The position numbers were made by a program, and so were the translations under genes. Below the pieces are notes generated by a model, which was not told the DNA's origin, ran no database searches, and saw nothing but the letters and a program-made list of their open reading frames with translations. Positions 29,734 to 38,773 of a stretch of DNA of 64,000 nt are shown piece after piece; positions within the stretch are counted from its first letter, which is position 1; each line of letters opens with the position of its first letter. The stretch comes from an uncultured Acidimicrobiaceae bacterium (lineage in GTDB: Bacteria; Actinomycetota; Acidimicrobiia; Acidimicrobiales; RAAP-2). Where the stretch lies: NCBI GenBank assembly GCA_963827115.1, contig CAWGZS010000002.1, positions 47,323 through 111,322 on the forward strand. Direction: 5' to 3'.

Positions 29734-29754
29734 GCCTCTTACGGCTGAAGAGCC

Positions 29755-30849
29755 TTAGGGCCAGACCGGGTTCTCGGCGCCGTCATTGGCGAAGGCCTCG
29801 ACCATCTCGTGGGCCACGTCGTCGTGGTACTGCACTGGCGGCGACTTCATGAAGTAGGCCGAGGGCCCGATGATCGGGCCGCCGAGGCCCCGGTCGAGGG
29901 CGACCTTGGCGCAGCGCACGGCGTCGATGATGACGCCGGCCGAGTTGGGCGAGTCCCACACCTCGAGCTTCAGTTCGAGGTTGAGCGGCACGTCGCCGAA
30001 GTTGCGGCCCTCCATGCGGATGTAGGCCCACTTGCGGTCGAGCAGCCACGGGACGTGGTCGCTCGGGCCGATGTGGACGTTGTCGGGGTCCATGTGGCTG
30101 CTCTCCAACTGGGACGTCACGGACTGGGTCTTGGAGATCTTCTTGGACTCGAGGCGTTCGCGCTCGAGCATGTTCTTGAAGTCCATGTTGCCGCCGACGT
30201 TGAGCTGGTAGGTGCGGTCCAGGGTGAGCCCGCGATCCTCGAAGAGACGCGACAGCACCCGGTGCACGATGGTGGCGCCCACCTGGCTCTTGATGTCGTC
30301 GCCGATGATGGGCAGCTTGGCGTCGGAGAACTTCTTGGCCCACACGGGGTCCGAGGCGATGAAGACGGGGATGGCGTTGACGAAGGCGACGCCGGCGTCG
30401 AGGGCGGCCTGGGCGTAGAAGCGCTGGGCGTTCTCCGAGCCGACGGGAAGGTACGAGACGAGGACCTGGGCCCGCGCGTCACGAAGGGCCTGGGCCACGT
30501 CGATGGCCTCGGCCGGCGACTCCTCGATGGAGGCGCGGTAGTACTTGTTGAGACCGTCCATGGTCGGTCCGCGGAGCACGGTGACCCCGAGCGAGGGGAC
30601 GGTGGCGAACTTGATCGTATTGTTCTGGCCGCCCTCGATGGCCTTGCCGAGGTCGTTGCCGACCTTGGAGGCGTCCACGTCGAAGGCCGCGACGAACTCC
30701 AGGTCGCTGACGTGATAGCCGCCGAGCACCACGTGCATCAAGCCCGGGACGTCGTCGCCCGCCTTGGCGTCTCGGTAGTACGTGACACCCTGAATAAGTG
30801 AACTGGCGCAGTTGCCTACGCCCGCGATGGCCACACGAATCTTCTCCAT
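29755..30849 (-). CDS. ino1: inositol-3-phosphate synthase
   Basis: 364 aa. [25 protein letters not shown] and the rest match the actinobacterial myo-inositol-1-phosphate synthase. It sits adjacent to a PadR regulator, as in mycobacteria. Confidence 0.92.
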   Translation of the reverse strand: MEKIRVAIAGVGNCASSLIQGVTYYRDAKAGDDVPGLMHVVLGGYHVSDLEFVAAFDVDASKVGNDLGKAIEGGQNNTIKFATVPSLGVTVLRGPTMDGLNKYYRASIEESPAEAIDVAQALRDARAQVLVSYLPVGSENAQRFYAQAALDAGVAFVNAIPVFIASDPVWAKKFSDAKLPIIGDDIKSQVGATIVHRVLSRLFEDRGLTLDRTYQLNVGGNMDFKNMLERERLESKKISKTQSVTSQLESSHMDPDNVHIGPSDHVPWLLDRKWAYIRMEGRNFGDVPLNLELKLEVWDSPNSAGVIIDAVRCAKVALDRGLGGPIIGPSAYFMKSPPVQYHDDVAHEMVEAFANDGAENPVWP

Positions 30850-30861
30850 GGCGCTCCTCTC

Positions 30862-31485
30862 CTACTTCGTCTTTTGAGCGAAGGTCTGTTGGTTACTACG
30901 TTCGGTGGAAAGCCATTCGTCAATCCACGCGAGGTCTAACTCGACTCCCTGGGCGGCGTGCTCCATGACGTTGCGCGCGTAGGGGTCCAGTTGTTCATTG
31001 TGCGCCCCGGCCCGGACTTCGGCCAGGCGAGCCACGAGGTCCGCTCGTCGGCGCTCGAGCAGGCCCACGCGAAGGTTGGGCGTGAGGTACTTGGCGAGCG
31101 CCATGCGGAGCGAGAAGTTCTTGCTGTCATCGAGGGTGGCGGGGTCGCTCAAGAGCTCCACGAACTCCTGGCGCCCACGCTCGGTGATGCGGTAGGCCTT
31201 GCGCCCCCGACGACCGAGGCCCTGGGTGGCGCGCAGCGAGCGAAGCGAGGCCCGTTCCCCCGAGAGGGAGCCGGTCGACAGCGCGCCGATCCGCGGCTCC
31301 GTGGGCGCGACGGCCTCGACGTAGCCGTAGCGTTCCAGTCGGGCGAGCGCGGGGTAGATCGAACCGAAGGACACGTTGGCCCAGATGCCGAGCCGGTCGC
31401 GCAATTGCGTGCGAATCTCGTAGCCGTGATGGTCTCGCTCCATGAGAAGACCAAGGATGGCGATGTCCAACATGCGAATCATCAT
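30862..31485 (-). CDS. PadR-family transcriptional regulator
   Basis: Track ORF trimmed to ATG 31485 (MMIRMLDIAILGLLMERDHHGYEIRTQL...SFGSIYPALARLERYGYV). This is a PadR winged helix with a C-terminal domain. Confidence 0.85.
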   Translation of the reverse strand: MMIRMLDIAILGLLMERDHHGYEIRTQLRDRLGIWANVSFGSIYPALARLERYGYVEAVAPTEPRIGALSTGSLSGERASLRSLRATQGLGRRGRKAYRITERGRQEFVELLSDPATLDDSKNFSLRMALAKYLTPNLRVGLLERRRADLVARLAEVRAGAHNEQLDPYARNVMEHAAQGVELDLAWIDEWLSTERSNQQTFAQKTK

Positions 31486-31491
31486 ATCACT

Positions 31492-31503
31492 TCGATATAT
31501 CGA
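31492..31503. promoter_or_regulatory. 12-bp perfect palindrome TCGATATATCGA just upstream of the PadR start
   Basis: Read from the sequence. It lies 7 nt upstream of ATG 31485 in the 61-nt divergent spacer and is a candidate autoregulatory operator. Confidence 0.3.
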
Positions 31504-31546
31504 CGGCGCAAGTAAGAAAAACCGCTGAAAATTCAGGCTAGCGGTA

Positions 31547-31984
31547 GTGTCACCCGTAATGAATAAGAGCTTCCGCACCAGCACCGCCGACGGAGCGGTC
31601 GTCGAGTTCGGCCTGGTGCGCCACGCCCTGCTGGCCAAGGTGGCCGCGGGCCTCATCCGACACGAGGACATCTGCGACGCTCACCCCGAATTGCTGCGCG
31701 CCGCCAAGAACATCGGACGCTCGACCGGTGAGACCTGTCCGGTCTGCCACGACGAGCAACTGGTCGAGGTGACCTACGTCTTTGGCGCGCGATTGCCCGC
31801 CGGCGGAACCTGCCCGACCTCACGTGGGGAGCTGCTCAAGCTCGAACGCCGCGAGGAGCCGGTCCAGTGCTACGCCGTTGAGGTGTGCGTGGGCTGTTCC
31901 TTCCACCATCTGGTGCGCAAGTGGAGCGCCGGGGGACGACGGGCCCGCCGCGCGTTGCCCCAGCAGAAGAAGGTGGGCCAGTGA
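31547..31984 (+). CDS. conserved actinobacterial CxxC protein (DUF5318-like, from memory)
   Basis: 145 aa with CPVC and CVGC pairs. It is divergent from padR-ino1. The start could be GTG 31547 or ATG 31559, and the stop overlaps the panB GTG (GTGA). Confidence 0.6.
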   Translation: MSPVMNKSFRTSTADGAVVEFGLVRHALLAKVAAGLIRHEDICDAHPELLRAAKNIGRSTGETCPVCHDEQLVEVTYVFGARLPAGGTCPTSRGELLKLERREEPVQCYAVEVCVGCSFHHLVRKWSAGGRRARRALPQQKKVGQ

Positions 31985-32802
31985 GCCTGGAAGCACCGGC
32001 AATTCGGGCCCGTAAGCGCCGAAACGGCAGTGCTCCACTGGTGATGGTGACCGCCTACGACGAGCCCGGGGCGCGCTACGTGGATGCCGCGGGGGTCGAT
32101 ATCATCCTGGTGGGCGACTCCGTGGCCAACGTGGTGCTGGGTCACGCGGACACCCTGCACGTGACGATCGAACAGATGTGTTACCACGTCAAAGCCGTCT
32201 GCGCGGCCAAGCCGAACGCCCACGTCGTCGCGGACCTGCCCTGGCTGAGTTACCACGTGGGCATTGCGGACAGCGTGCGCAACGGCGCGGCCCTCATACG
32301 GGCCGGCGCGCACAGCGTCAAGCTCGAGGGAGGCCGGGTGCGGCGCGACGTCGTGCGGGCCTTGCTCGACGCCGAGATCCCGGTGATGGGCCACCTGGGG
32401 CTGACGCCGCAGAGCGTGCTGGCCCTCGGAGGCTTCAAGGTCCAGGCCAAGACCCGCGAGGCCTCGGAGTGGCTGACCAAGGACGCGATGCTGCTCCAGG
32501 ACGAGGGCGTCTACGCCATCGTGCTCGAAGGGGTGCCCAGCATCGTGGGCACCCGGGTGACCGAGGCCCTCGAGATCCCGACCATCGGCATCGGGGCGGG
32601 GCCGGACACCGACGGCCAGGTGCTGGTGTTCCACGACATCCTGGGCCTGACGAACCACCCGCCGGCCAAGTTCGTGCGCCAGTACGCGCAGCTGGGGTCG
32701 GAGATCACCGAGGCCATCGGTCGTTTCGCGGCCGACGTGCGCAGCGGCTCGTTTCCGAGCGAATCCGAGGCTTACCCCAATCCCGAGGACCTGCTCAACT
32801 AG
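31981..32802 (+). CDS. panB: 3-methyl-2-oxobutanoate hydroxymethyltransferase
   Basis: Track ORF trimmed to GTG 31981. The blocks LVMVTAYD, ILVGDS, ADLPWLSY, VKLEGG and GHLGLTPQ are all present. Confidence 0.92.
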   Translation: MSLEAPAIRARKRRNGSAPLVMVTAYDEPGARYVDAAGVDIILVGDSVANVVLGHADTLHVTIEQMCYHVKAVCAAKPNAHVVADLPWLSYHVGIADSVRNGAALIRAGAHSVKLEGGRVRRDVVRALLDAEIPVMGHLGLTPQSVLALGGFKVQAKTREASEWLTKDAMLLQDEGVYAIVLEGVPSIVGTRVTEALEIPTIGIGAGPDTDGQVLVFHDILGLTNHPPAKFVRQYAQLGSEITEAIGRFAADVRSGSFPSESEAYPNPEDLLN

Positions 32803-32921
32803 CCAAATTGGGCGCCAGGGAGTAGAGTTGTCTTTCCCATATAGATGGGGAAGTAACGAGAGAACCCTGCTCTGTTTCCGCAGAGCCCGGCCAAGCCGGA
32901 CCAGAGGGAAAGGAACCGGCC

Positions 32922-33242
32922 ATGAGGCCCTACGAAACCATGATCGTGTTCGACACTGCCGTCGACGCACAGACCATACAAATCGCCCTTGATCGAGGGC
33001 TCGAGACCATTCGCAGCAGTGGTGGCAGTCCCGGAAACATCGACCGTTGGGGCAAGCGTCCCTTGGCGTACGAGATCAACAAGCGCAAAGAGGGTTACTA
33101 CGTGCTGGTGGAGTTCAGCGGTGAGCCCTCGACGGTGGTCGAGCTCGACCGGATTCTGACCCTGTCGGACGAAGTCCTCCGCTTCAAGATCCTGCGACGC
33201 CACGAACGAACGAACGCCCGCCGTGTCACGGCTAAAGCGTAA
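32922..33242 (+). CDS. rpsF: 30S ribosomal protein S6
   Basis: MRPYETMIVFD...WGKRPLAYEI...GYYVLVEF is canonical S6. Confidence 0.95.
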   Translation: MRPYETMIVFDTAVDAQTIQIALDRGLETIRSSGGSPGNIDRWGKRPLAYEINKRKEGYYVLVEFSGEPSTVVELDRILTLSDEVLRFKILRRHERTNARRVTAKA

Positions 33243-33273
33243 GTTCGGACGACCAGAAACCTAAGGAGAAGAA

Positions 33274-33729
33274 ATGCCCGACAATTCCATCACCGTCGTG
33301 GGGAACGTCACCCGCGACCCCGAACTCAAGTTCTTGAACTCCGGACAGGCCGCGGTGCGCCTCTCGGTCGCCGTCAACCGGCGCTGGCAGAACAAGCAGA
33401 CCCAGGAGTGGGAGGAGCGCGTCTCGTACTTCGAGGTCCAGGGCTACGGCCCGCTGGCCGAAAACGCGGCCAACTCGCTGCAGAAGGGGGCCCGGGTCAT
33501 CGTGACCGGCCGCCTGGAGCAGCGCAGCTGGGAGACCGAGAACGGCGACAAGCGTTCGATCGTCGAGATCAACGCTGACGAGATCGCGCCGTCCCTGCGC
33601 TACGCCACCGCCGTGGTCACCAAGACACCCCGCCCGGAGGGCAGCAACTTCAGCTCGGGCGACCGGCCCACGAGCGCCCCTCGTTCCAACGAGCCCGCCG
33701 CCTACGCGTTTGATGAGGAGCCCTTCTAA
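33274..33729 (+). CDS. ssb: single-stranded DNA-binding protein
   Basis: Has an OB fold ([15 protein letters not shown]...) and the acidic C-terminal tip FDEEPF. Confidence 0.95.
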   Translation: MPDNSITVVGNVTRDPELKFLNSGQAAVRLSVAVNRRWQNKQTQEWEERVSYFEVQGYGPLAENAANSLQKGARVIVTGRLEQRSWETENGDKRSIVEINADEIAPSLRYATAVVTKTPRPEGSNFSSGDRPTSAPRSNEPAAYAFDEEPF

Positions 33730-34184
33730 TGCCCCGTATTAACAACCCCAAGCCGCCGAAGCGCGCGCCCAAGATCGACAACCGTCGCACCAAGAAGAAG
33801 CCGTGCTCGTTCTGCCAGCACGGCGTGGCCACGGTTGACTACAAGGACCTCGCCCAGCTGCGCAAGTACATCTCCGATCGCGGCAAGATCCGCGGGCGCA
33901 AGGTTTCGGGCAACTGCCAGCAGCACCAGCGTGACGTCACCGACGCGATCAAGACGGCTCGCGAGTTGGCGCTGCTTCCCTACACGCAGCGCACCGTGAC
34001 CGAACGACGTGGCGGACGTAACGACCGAGGGGAGCGCAGCGACCGCGGTCCTCGCGGTCCTCGTCAAGACCGTGACGCCGAGGCGACGCTCGAGGGTGTC
34101 GTGCTCGAACCAGGCGCGGTCGACGAAACGTCGACTGACGACGTCGTTGTCGAGGCCGAACTCGTGGAGCAGGTGAGCGAATGA
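33729..34184 (+). CDS. rpsR: 30S ribosomal protein S18 with a C-terminal extension of about 65 aa
   Basis: The S18 core (CSFC...VDYKD...[11 protein letters not shown]...TG...QR....AIK.AR.LALLPYT) ends near residue 86 of 151. The remainder is an RG-rich segment followed by an acidic tail. The ATG overlaps the ssb stop (TAATG). Confidence 0.9.
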   Translation: MPRINNPKPPKRAPKIDNRRTKKKPCSFCQHGVATVDYKDLAQLRKYISDRGKIRGRKVSGNCQQHQRDVTDAIKTARELALLPYTQRTVTERRGGRNDRGERSDRGPRGPRQDRDAEATLEGVVLEPGAVDETSTDDVVVEAELVEQVSE

Positions 34185-34627
34185 AGGTACTCCTACGAAG
34201 TGACGTGCGCGGCGTAGGACGACGCGGCGACATCGTCGAAGTGAAGTCCGGCTACGCGCGGAACTTCTTGCTGCCCTCTGGTGCGGCGTTGGCCGCGAAC
34301 GACACGATGGAGATCCAGGCGGCGTCGATGCGCAAGGGTCGCGATGTTCGCGACACCGCGAGTCGCGAAGCCGCCGAGGCGCAGCGTGCGCTGATCGAGC
34401 AAGCGGCGCTGAGCGTATCGGCTCGTGCCGGTTCGAATGGTCGCCTCTTCGGTTCAGTGAGCGAAGCCGACATCGTCAACGCGATTCGCACGGCGACCAA
34501 CATCTCGTTGGACCGTCACATGATCCACTTGGTGGAACACATCAAAGAGCTCGGCACGGCCAGCGTGTCCGCGACGTTGTTCGATGGCGTGGTCGCGACG
34601 TTCAACGTAGAGGTTGTCGCGAAGTAA
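34181..34627 (+). CDS. rplI: 50S ribosomal protein L9
   Basis: [32 protein letters not shown] is the canonical L9 N-terminus. The ATG overlaps the rpsR stop. Confidence 0.95.
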   Translation: MKVLLRSDVRGVGRRGDIVEVKSGYARNFLLPSGAALAANDTMEIQAASMRKGRDVRDTASREAAEAQRALIEQAALSVSARAGSNGRLFGSVSEADIVNAIRTATNISLDRHMIHLVEHIKELGTASVSATLFDGVVATFNVEVVAK

Positions 34628-34650
34628 CACTTAGATTTTTTGTCGTGTAC

Positions 34651-34680
34651 GGTGCCGGGGCGTGGTCCCCGGCACCTTCT
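34651..34680 (+). terminator. possible terminator hairpin after rplI
   Basis: GGTGCCGGGG (34651-34660), loop CGTGGT, CCCCGGCACC (34667-34676), then TTCT. The stem is a perfect 10 bp but the T-tract is weak. Confidence 0.4.
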
Positions 34681-34787
34681 ATGTCACAGGGGATTGCCAG
34701 TATGTGCGCGGTGAAGTTAAACACAGACATTTCCCCACGTTGTTGTTCTTGTGAGACACAGCTCAAACCTGCGACCGTTGAGGTCTT

Positions 34788-36155
34788 ATGACTCAAGTGG
34801 ATATTGACCGAAGTAGAACCGTCACAAACGGCGGGAGAATTCCACCGAGTGCCATCGAAGCAGAAGAGTCGCTCATCGGTGCGATGCTGCTTTCCTCTGA
34901 AGCCGTGAGCGTTGCGTACGAGACCGTGCAGGCCGAAGATTTCTATCGTCCGCTGCACGGGCAGATCTTCGGAGCGATCATGGCGCTCACGCACGCGGGT
35001 GAACCGGTCGACTACGTGACGGTGCAGGCGAAGCTGCAGGAGCGAGGGGCTGTGGCCATCGAACTCGCAGTTCTGTCATCGCTGCAGATGAACACGCCCT
35101 CGGCCACCAACGCGCAGCACTACGCGGAGATAGTTCGCGACAAGGCGCAGCAACGTCGGCTCATCGCGGTCGGCGGAGAGATCGTCGACGACTCCTACGT
35201 GGCGACCGACGACGTGGTGGGACTCATCGACGAGGCCGAACGCAAGATCAATCAGATCGGGGACAACCGCAGGATCGACACCGTGTCCCCCTTGCAGCGC
35301 CTGCTGTTGAGCGAAGCGGACATCCTCGAGGAGCGCGGCGAGACCAGGGGCCAGTTCAACGGCTTGGAGACGGGGTACAAGTCGCTCGACCTGATTTTGC
35401 AGGGCCTGCAACCCAGCAGCATGACCATCATCGGCGCCCGCCCGGGTACCGGGAAGACGGCTTTCGCGCTGGGGATCCTCATCCACGTCGGGGCGGTCGT
35501 GAAGCGTCCCGCGCTCTTCTTCTCGCTCGAGATGAGCCGTCAGGAACTGGCCGAACGCATCCTGGCGTCGACGGCCCGGATCGATTCATCCAAGCTGCGC
35601 ACCGGCGACCTGAGCGACGCCGACTGGAACCGCGCGCACGAAGCCTTCGGCTTCTTGCAATCGGCGCAAGTGTTCATCGATGACAATCCGAGCCTGACCG
35701 TGATGGACGTACGCTCGCGCGCTCGCCGGATCAAACAGCAGCAGGGTGACCTTGGTGTGGTGATCGTGGACTACCTGCAACTGATGAGTTCGCGGGGACG
35801 GGCCGAGAACCGTCAGGTGGAGGTCTCGGACATGAGCCGGTCCCTCAAGATCCTCGCTCGCGAGCTTCAGTGCCCCGTCATCGCCCTCTCGCAGTTGTCG
35901 CGCAAGCTCGAGGACCGCGCGGACAAGCGGCCGGTCATGTCGGACCTGCGCGAGTCGGGCTCGCTGGAACAGGACGCCGACGTCGTGCTCTTCCTCTTTC
36001 GACCCGAGCAGTATGGCGAGGTGGCGAACGACAAGAAGTCCGACGCCGAGATCATCGTCGGCAAAAACCGAAACGGCCCGACGAGGACCGCGCACCTCAC
36101 GTGGCGCGGCGAGTTCGCCCGCTTCGACAACGTGGCCGAAGCCCGGGAGATCTAG
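34788..36155 (+). CDS. dnaB: replicative DNA helicase DnaB (no intein)
   Basis: 455 aa. Contains PPSAIEAEESLIGAML, Walker A GARPGTGKTAF, SLEMS, DYLQLM, and SQLSR...DLRESG. Confidence 0.95.
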   Translation: MTQVDIDRSRTVTNGGRIPPSAIEAEESLIGAMLLSSEAVSVAYETVQAEDFYRPLHGQIFGAIMALTHAGEPVDYVTVQAKLQERGAVAIELAVLSSLQMNTPSATNAQHYAEIVRDKAQQRRLIAVGGEIVDDSYVATDDVVGLIDEAERKINQIGDNRRIDTVSPLQRLLLSEADILEERGETRGQFNGLETGYKSLDLILQGLQPSSMTIIGARPGTGKTAFALGILIHVGAVVKRPALFFSLEMSRQELAERILASTARIDSSKLRTGDLSDADWNRAHEAFGFLQSAQVFIDDNPSLTVMDVRSRARRIKQQQGDLGVVIVDYLQLMSSRGRAENRQVEVSDMSRSLKILARELQCPVIALSQLSRKLEDRADKRPVMSDLRESGSLEQDADVVLFLFRPEQYGEVANDKKSDAEIIVGKNRNGPTRTAHLTWRGEFARFDNVAEAREI

Positions 36156-36213
36156 ACCGCGCTACCCGCGTCGTGATGTGCGCTCGTGGGGCACGCAGCG
36201 TACGCTCGGTCAG

Positions 36214-37887
36214 ATGTGTCCGTCATACGTCGCGCGATCGTTCATCATCGTCCGTGCGCTCGCGCTGTCCATGGTCGTGGTCACGTCGGCCACGGTGTCG
36301 ATGACCGGCTCGCCCGCCGCGGCGTCGGTCACGTTGAAGGCCCCCTACGTGGCGCCGGGCACGTTGCTCACTGACACCACGCTGGGCGCCGGCACGACGT
36401 TCGGTGACGTCGACATGCTGAGCAACTCGCTGGGCTACGCGGTGGCTGCACCGGTCAATCACGGTCGAGGTTGGTACTACCTCGTGCAAACGCACGACCT
36501 CGGCGATAGCTGGAGTGTGCGGGCCGCGTTACCGGTGCCTCCCTTCGTCGGTACTTACGGATGGGGCAACGCGCCGACGATCGACTTCCTCAACGCCAAG
36601 GTCGGCTACCTCTCGCTCTTCGACGGCCCGCTCTGGGTCAGCGTCGACGGCGGTTTCGTCTGGTCGAAGGTCGTGACGCCCGGGATCGATCCGACCTTCG
36701 CCGTCGGCGGCGATAGGACGGCGGTGGTGAGTGCCGTGTGCCACCGTGCGACCCCGGTCTATCCGTCGAGGTGCCCGAGCAAGCTGACCCTCTATCTCCT
36801 CGGCGCTGCGACGCCGTATCTCACGGCGAGCCTTCCCGTCGCGGGCGTGGGACCGTGGCGCGCGGGTTACGTCCTCGCCCTGGTCTCGCCGTCGACGGTG
36901 CTGGTCGTCCAGGGCCGGGGCACGCCGCGGTCAGCGTTGCTCGAGACAATCAATTCTGGCGCCACGTGGCGTCGCCTAAAGAACCCCTGCGGGCAACTCA
37001 ACATCAACCAGTTGCTGCTGGAGAAGGATGGCCGCTGGCTGCTCTCCTGCTTCGGAGATGGCGGCATGAACCAAGGGACCACCGAGCTATGGGACTCCTC
37101 CGACGGCGGCAGGTCTTGGAGCGAGCTGGCTCACGCGAGCGAGGAGGGGCTCAACCGGGGAGGAATTGGCGACGTGTCCAACACGCTCTACGACGGTGAC
37201 CGGGGCCTGCTCTTCGCGGCCCTGGGCGGAGCCGCCGGCGGCGTCGAGTACAGCACCGACGGCGGATCGAACTGGTCCCGTTCCAACGTGGCACTGAACA
37301 TCTACGGGGGTGCCCCCGAGACGATGTCTACCTTCGGCGCCTCGGGGGCCGTCGTCAGCGCGCAGAACTTCGCCACTTATCGCACGCTCGACGCCTCGAC
37401 CTGGACCCAGCTTCCGACGCTGCCCGCGGGGCCGTTCGAGGGGCTGAGCGTCTGCACCGCCAAGGCCACCACGGCCGTACTCGGCCGGAGCGTGAGCGGC
37501 ATCCCCTCGAGCTCGCACGATTTTGCGGTCACCTTTACCAATAAGGGCCGCGCCGCCTGCTACCTCAACGGCGTTCCCCAGGTGCAGCCCGTGTTGGGTA
37601 CGTCGCGCACTCCCGTCGGTCGGGTCTCGTTCCAGGAGACCGCCAACAAGCGAGGTGGCTTCGTGGTCCTGCGGGCGAAGGGGGGCCAGGCCAGCATCGC
37701 GCTCGAGGTCCAGTCCCACGCCAGCTACTCGCGCTCCTACTGCCGTCCCGCCACGATCGACGGCTTCGAGGTCCGGTTCAACGCGCCCGCGGCCTTCTAT
37801 CTCTCAACGCGGGTGTGGTCGATCTGTCGAAGCATCTCGACGACCGGCGTCGAGGGGATCACCGCCGGCGTGGTGAATTGGCGCTGA
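36214..37887 (+). CDS. secreted BNR/Asp-box beta-propeller protein with a C-terminal DUF4232-like domain
   Basis: Track ORF trimmed to ATG 36214, after the dnaB stop. It has a signal-like N-terminus and five S/T-x-D-x-G-x-x-W Asp-boxes (THDLGDSW, SVDGGFVW, TINSGATW, SSDGGRSW, STDGGSNW). The C-terminal Cys-bounded domain (CTAKA...FTNKGRAACYLNGVP...) resembles DUF4232. Confidence 0.7.
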   Translation: MCPSYVARSFIIVRALALSMVVVTSATVSMTGSPAAASVTLKAPYVAPGTLLTDTTLGAGTTFGDVDMLSNSLGYAVAAPVNHGRGWYYLVQTHDLGDSWSVRAALPVPPFVGTYGWGNAPTIDFLNAKVGYLSLFDGPLWVSVDGGFVWSKVVTPGIDPTFAVGGDRTAVVSAVCHRATPVYPSRCPSKLTLYLLGAATPYLTASLPVAGVGPWRAGYVLALVSPSTVLVVQGRGTPRSALLETINSGATWRRLKNPCGQLNINQLLLEKDGRWLLSCFGDGGMNQGTTELWDSSDGGRSWSELAHASEEGLNRGGIGDVSNTLYDGDRGLLFAALGGAAGGVEYSTDGGSNWSRSNVALNIYGGAPETMSTFGASGAVVSAQNFATYRTLDASTWTQLPTLPAGPFEGLSVCTAKATTAVLGRSVSGIPSSSHDFAVTFTNKGRAACYLNGVPQVQPVLGTSRTPVGRVSFQETANKRGGFVVLRAKGGQASIALEVQSHASYSRSYCRPATIDGFEVRFNAPAAFYLSTRVWSICRSISTTGVEGITAGVVNWR

Positions 37888-37894
37888 GTGCCGG

Positions 37895-38671
37895 CTATTT
37901 GGGCTGCATCCGGATGCCGGCGTCGATGCGGACCGATTCGGCGTTCATGTAGCTGTTGGCCAGCAGTTCTACCGCCAACGAGGCAAACTCCGCGGCGTAG
38001 CCGAGGCGCTTGGGGAAGAGCACGCCGGCACCCAGGCGAGCCTTGAACTCGTCGGACTGGGGCCCGGAGCCGTAGATAGGGGTGTCGATCAGGCCCGGCA
38101 GGATGCAGTTGGCCCGCACCCCGATGGCGGCCAAGTCCCGGGCGAGCGGCAGGGTGAGGCCGACGATGCCGCCCTTGGAGGAGGAGTAGGCGACCTGGCC
38201 GATCTGGCCGTCCTGCGCGGCGACCGAGGCGGTGTTCACGAGGGCGCCGCGCAGCCCGTCGACGTCGGGGGTGTTGTGGCTCATGGCCGTCGCCGCCAGG
38301 CGACAGACGTTGAAGGTCCCGATGAGGTTGATCTCGATCACCTTGCGGTACACGTCGAGGTCGTGGGCGGACGCGTAATCGCCGTCCTTGCCGACGGTGC
38401 GCGCGGCCCAGCCGATGCCGGCGCAGTTGACCGTGCTCCACAGCGGGGCCATGGCCGTGGCCGTGTCGAGGGCGACGATGACCTCCTCGGTGTTCGTGAC
38501 GTCGCAGTGGACGTACGCCCCTCCGATCTCCTTAGCGATCTCGTCGCCGCGGGCGTCGTTGAGGTCGGCCACCACGACCTTGACGCCGCGCGCCGCCAGG
38601 GCGCGCGCCGTGGCCTCGCCCAGGCCAGAGGCGCCGCCGGTCACGACGGCCGAGGTGTTGTTGAGTTCCAT
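37895..38671 (-). CDS. SDR-family oxidoreductase (3-hydroxyacyl-CoA dehydrogenase type-2-like)
   Basis: 258 aa. Has the TGGASGLG cofactor motif, YSSSK catalytic residues and an NTASVAA block. Confidence 0.88.
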   Translation of the reverse strand: MELNNTSAVVTGGASGLGEATARALAARGVKVVVADLNDARGDEIAKEIGGAYVHCDVTNTEEVIVALDTATAMAPLWSTVNCAGIGWAARTVGKDGDYASAHDLDVYRKVIEINLIGTFNVCRLAATAMSHNTPDVDGLRGALVNTASVAAQDGQIGQVAYSSSKGGIVGLTLPLARDLAAIGVRANCILPGLIDTPIYGSGPQSDEFKARLGAGVLFPKRLGYAAEFASLAVELLANSYMNAESVRIDAGIRMQPK

Positions 38672-38773
38672 GTGATCTCCCGTGTTCGGACCAGTGCCGC
38701 GTCGGCGGACGTGTAAGAGTCAAGCAGAGAATCGGGAGCGTCGTCGCGGGCGTGGTTGTCCTAGCGTGGTTGG

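Noticed and set aside
31870-32970. 366 aa minus-strand ORF opposite panB
   Set aside because: panB motifs are unambiguous on the plus strand, and the minus frame is a low-complexity antisense frame.
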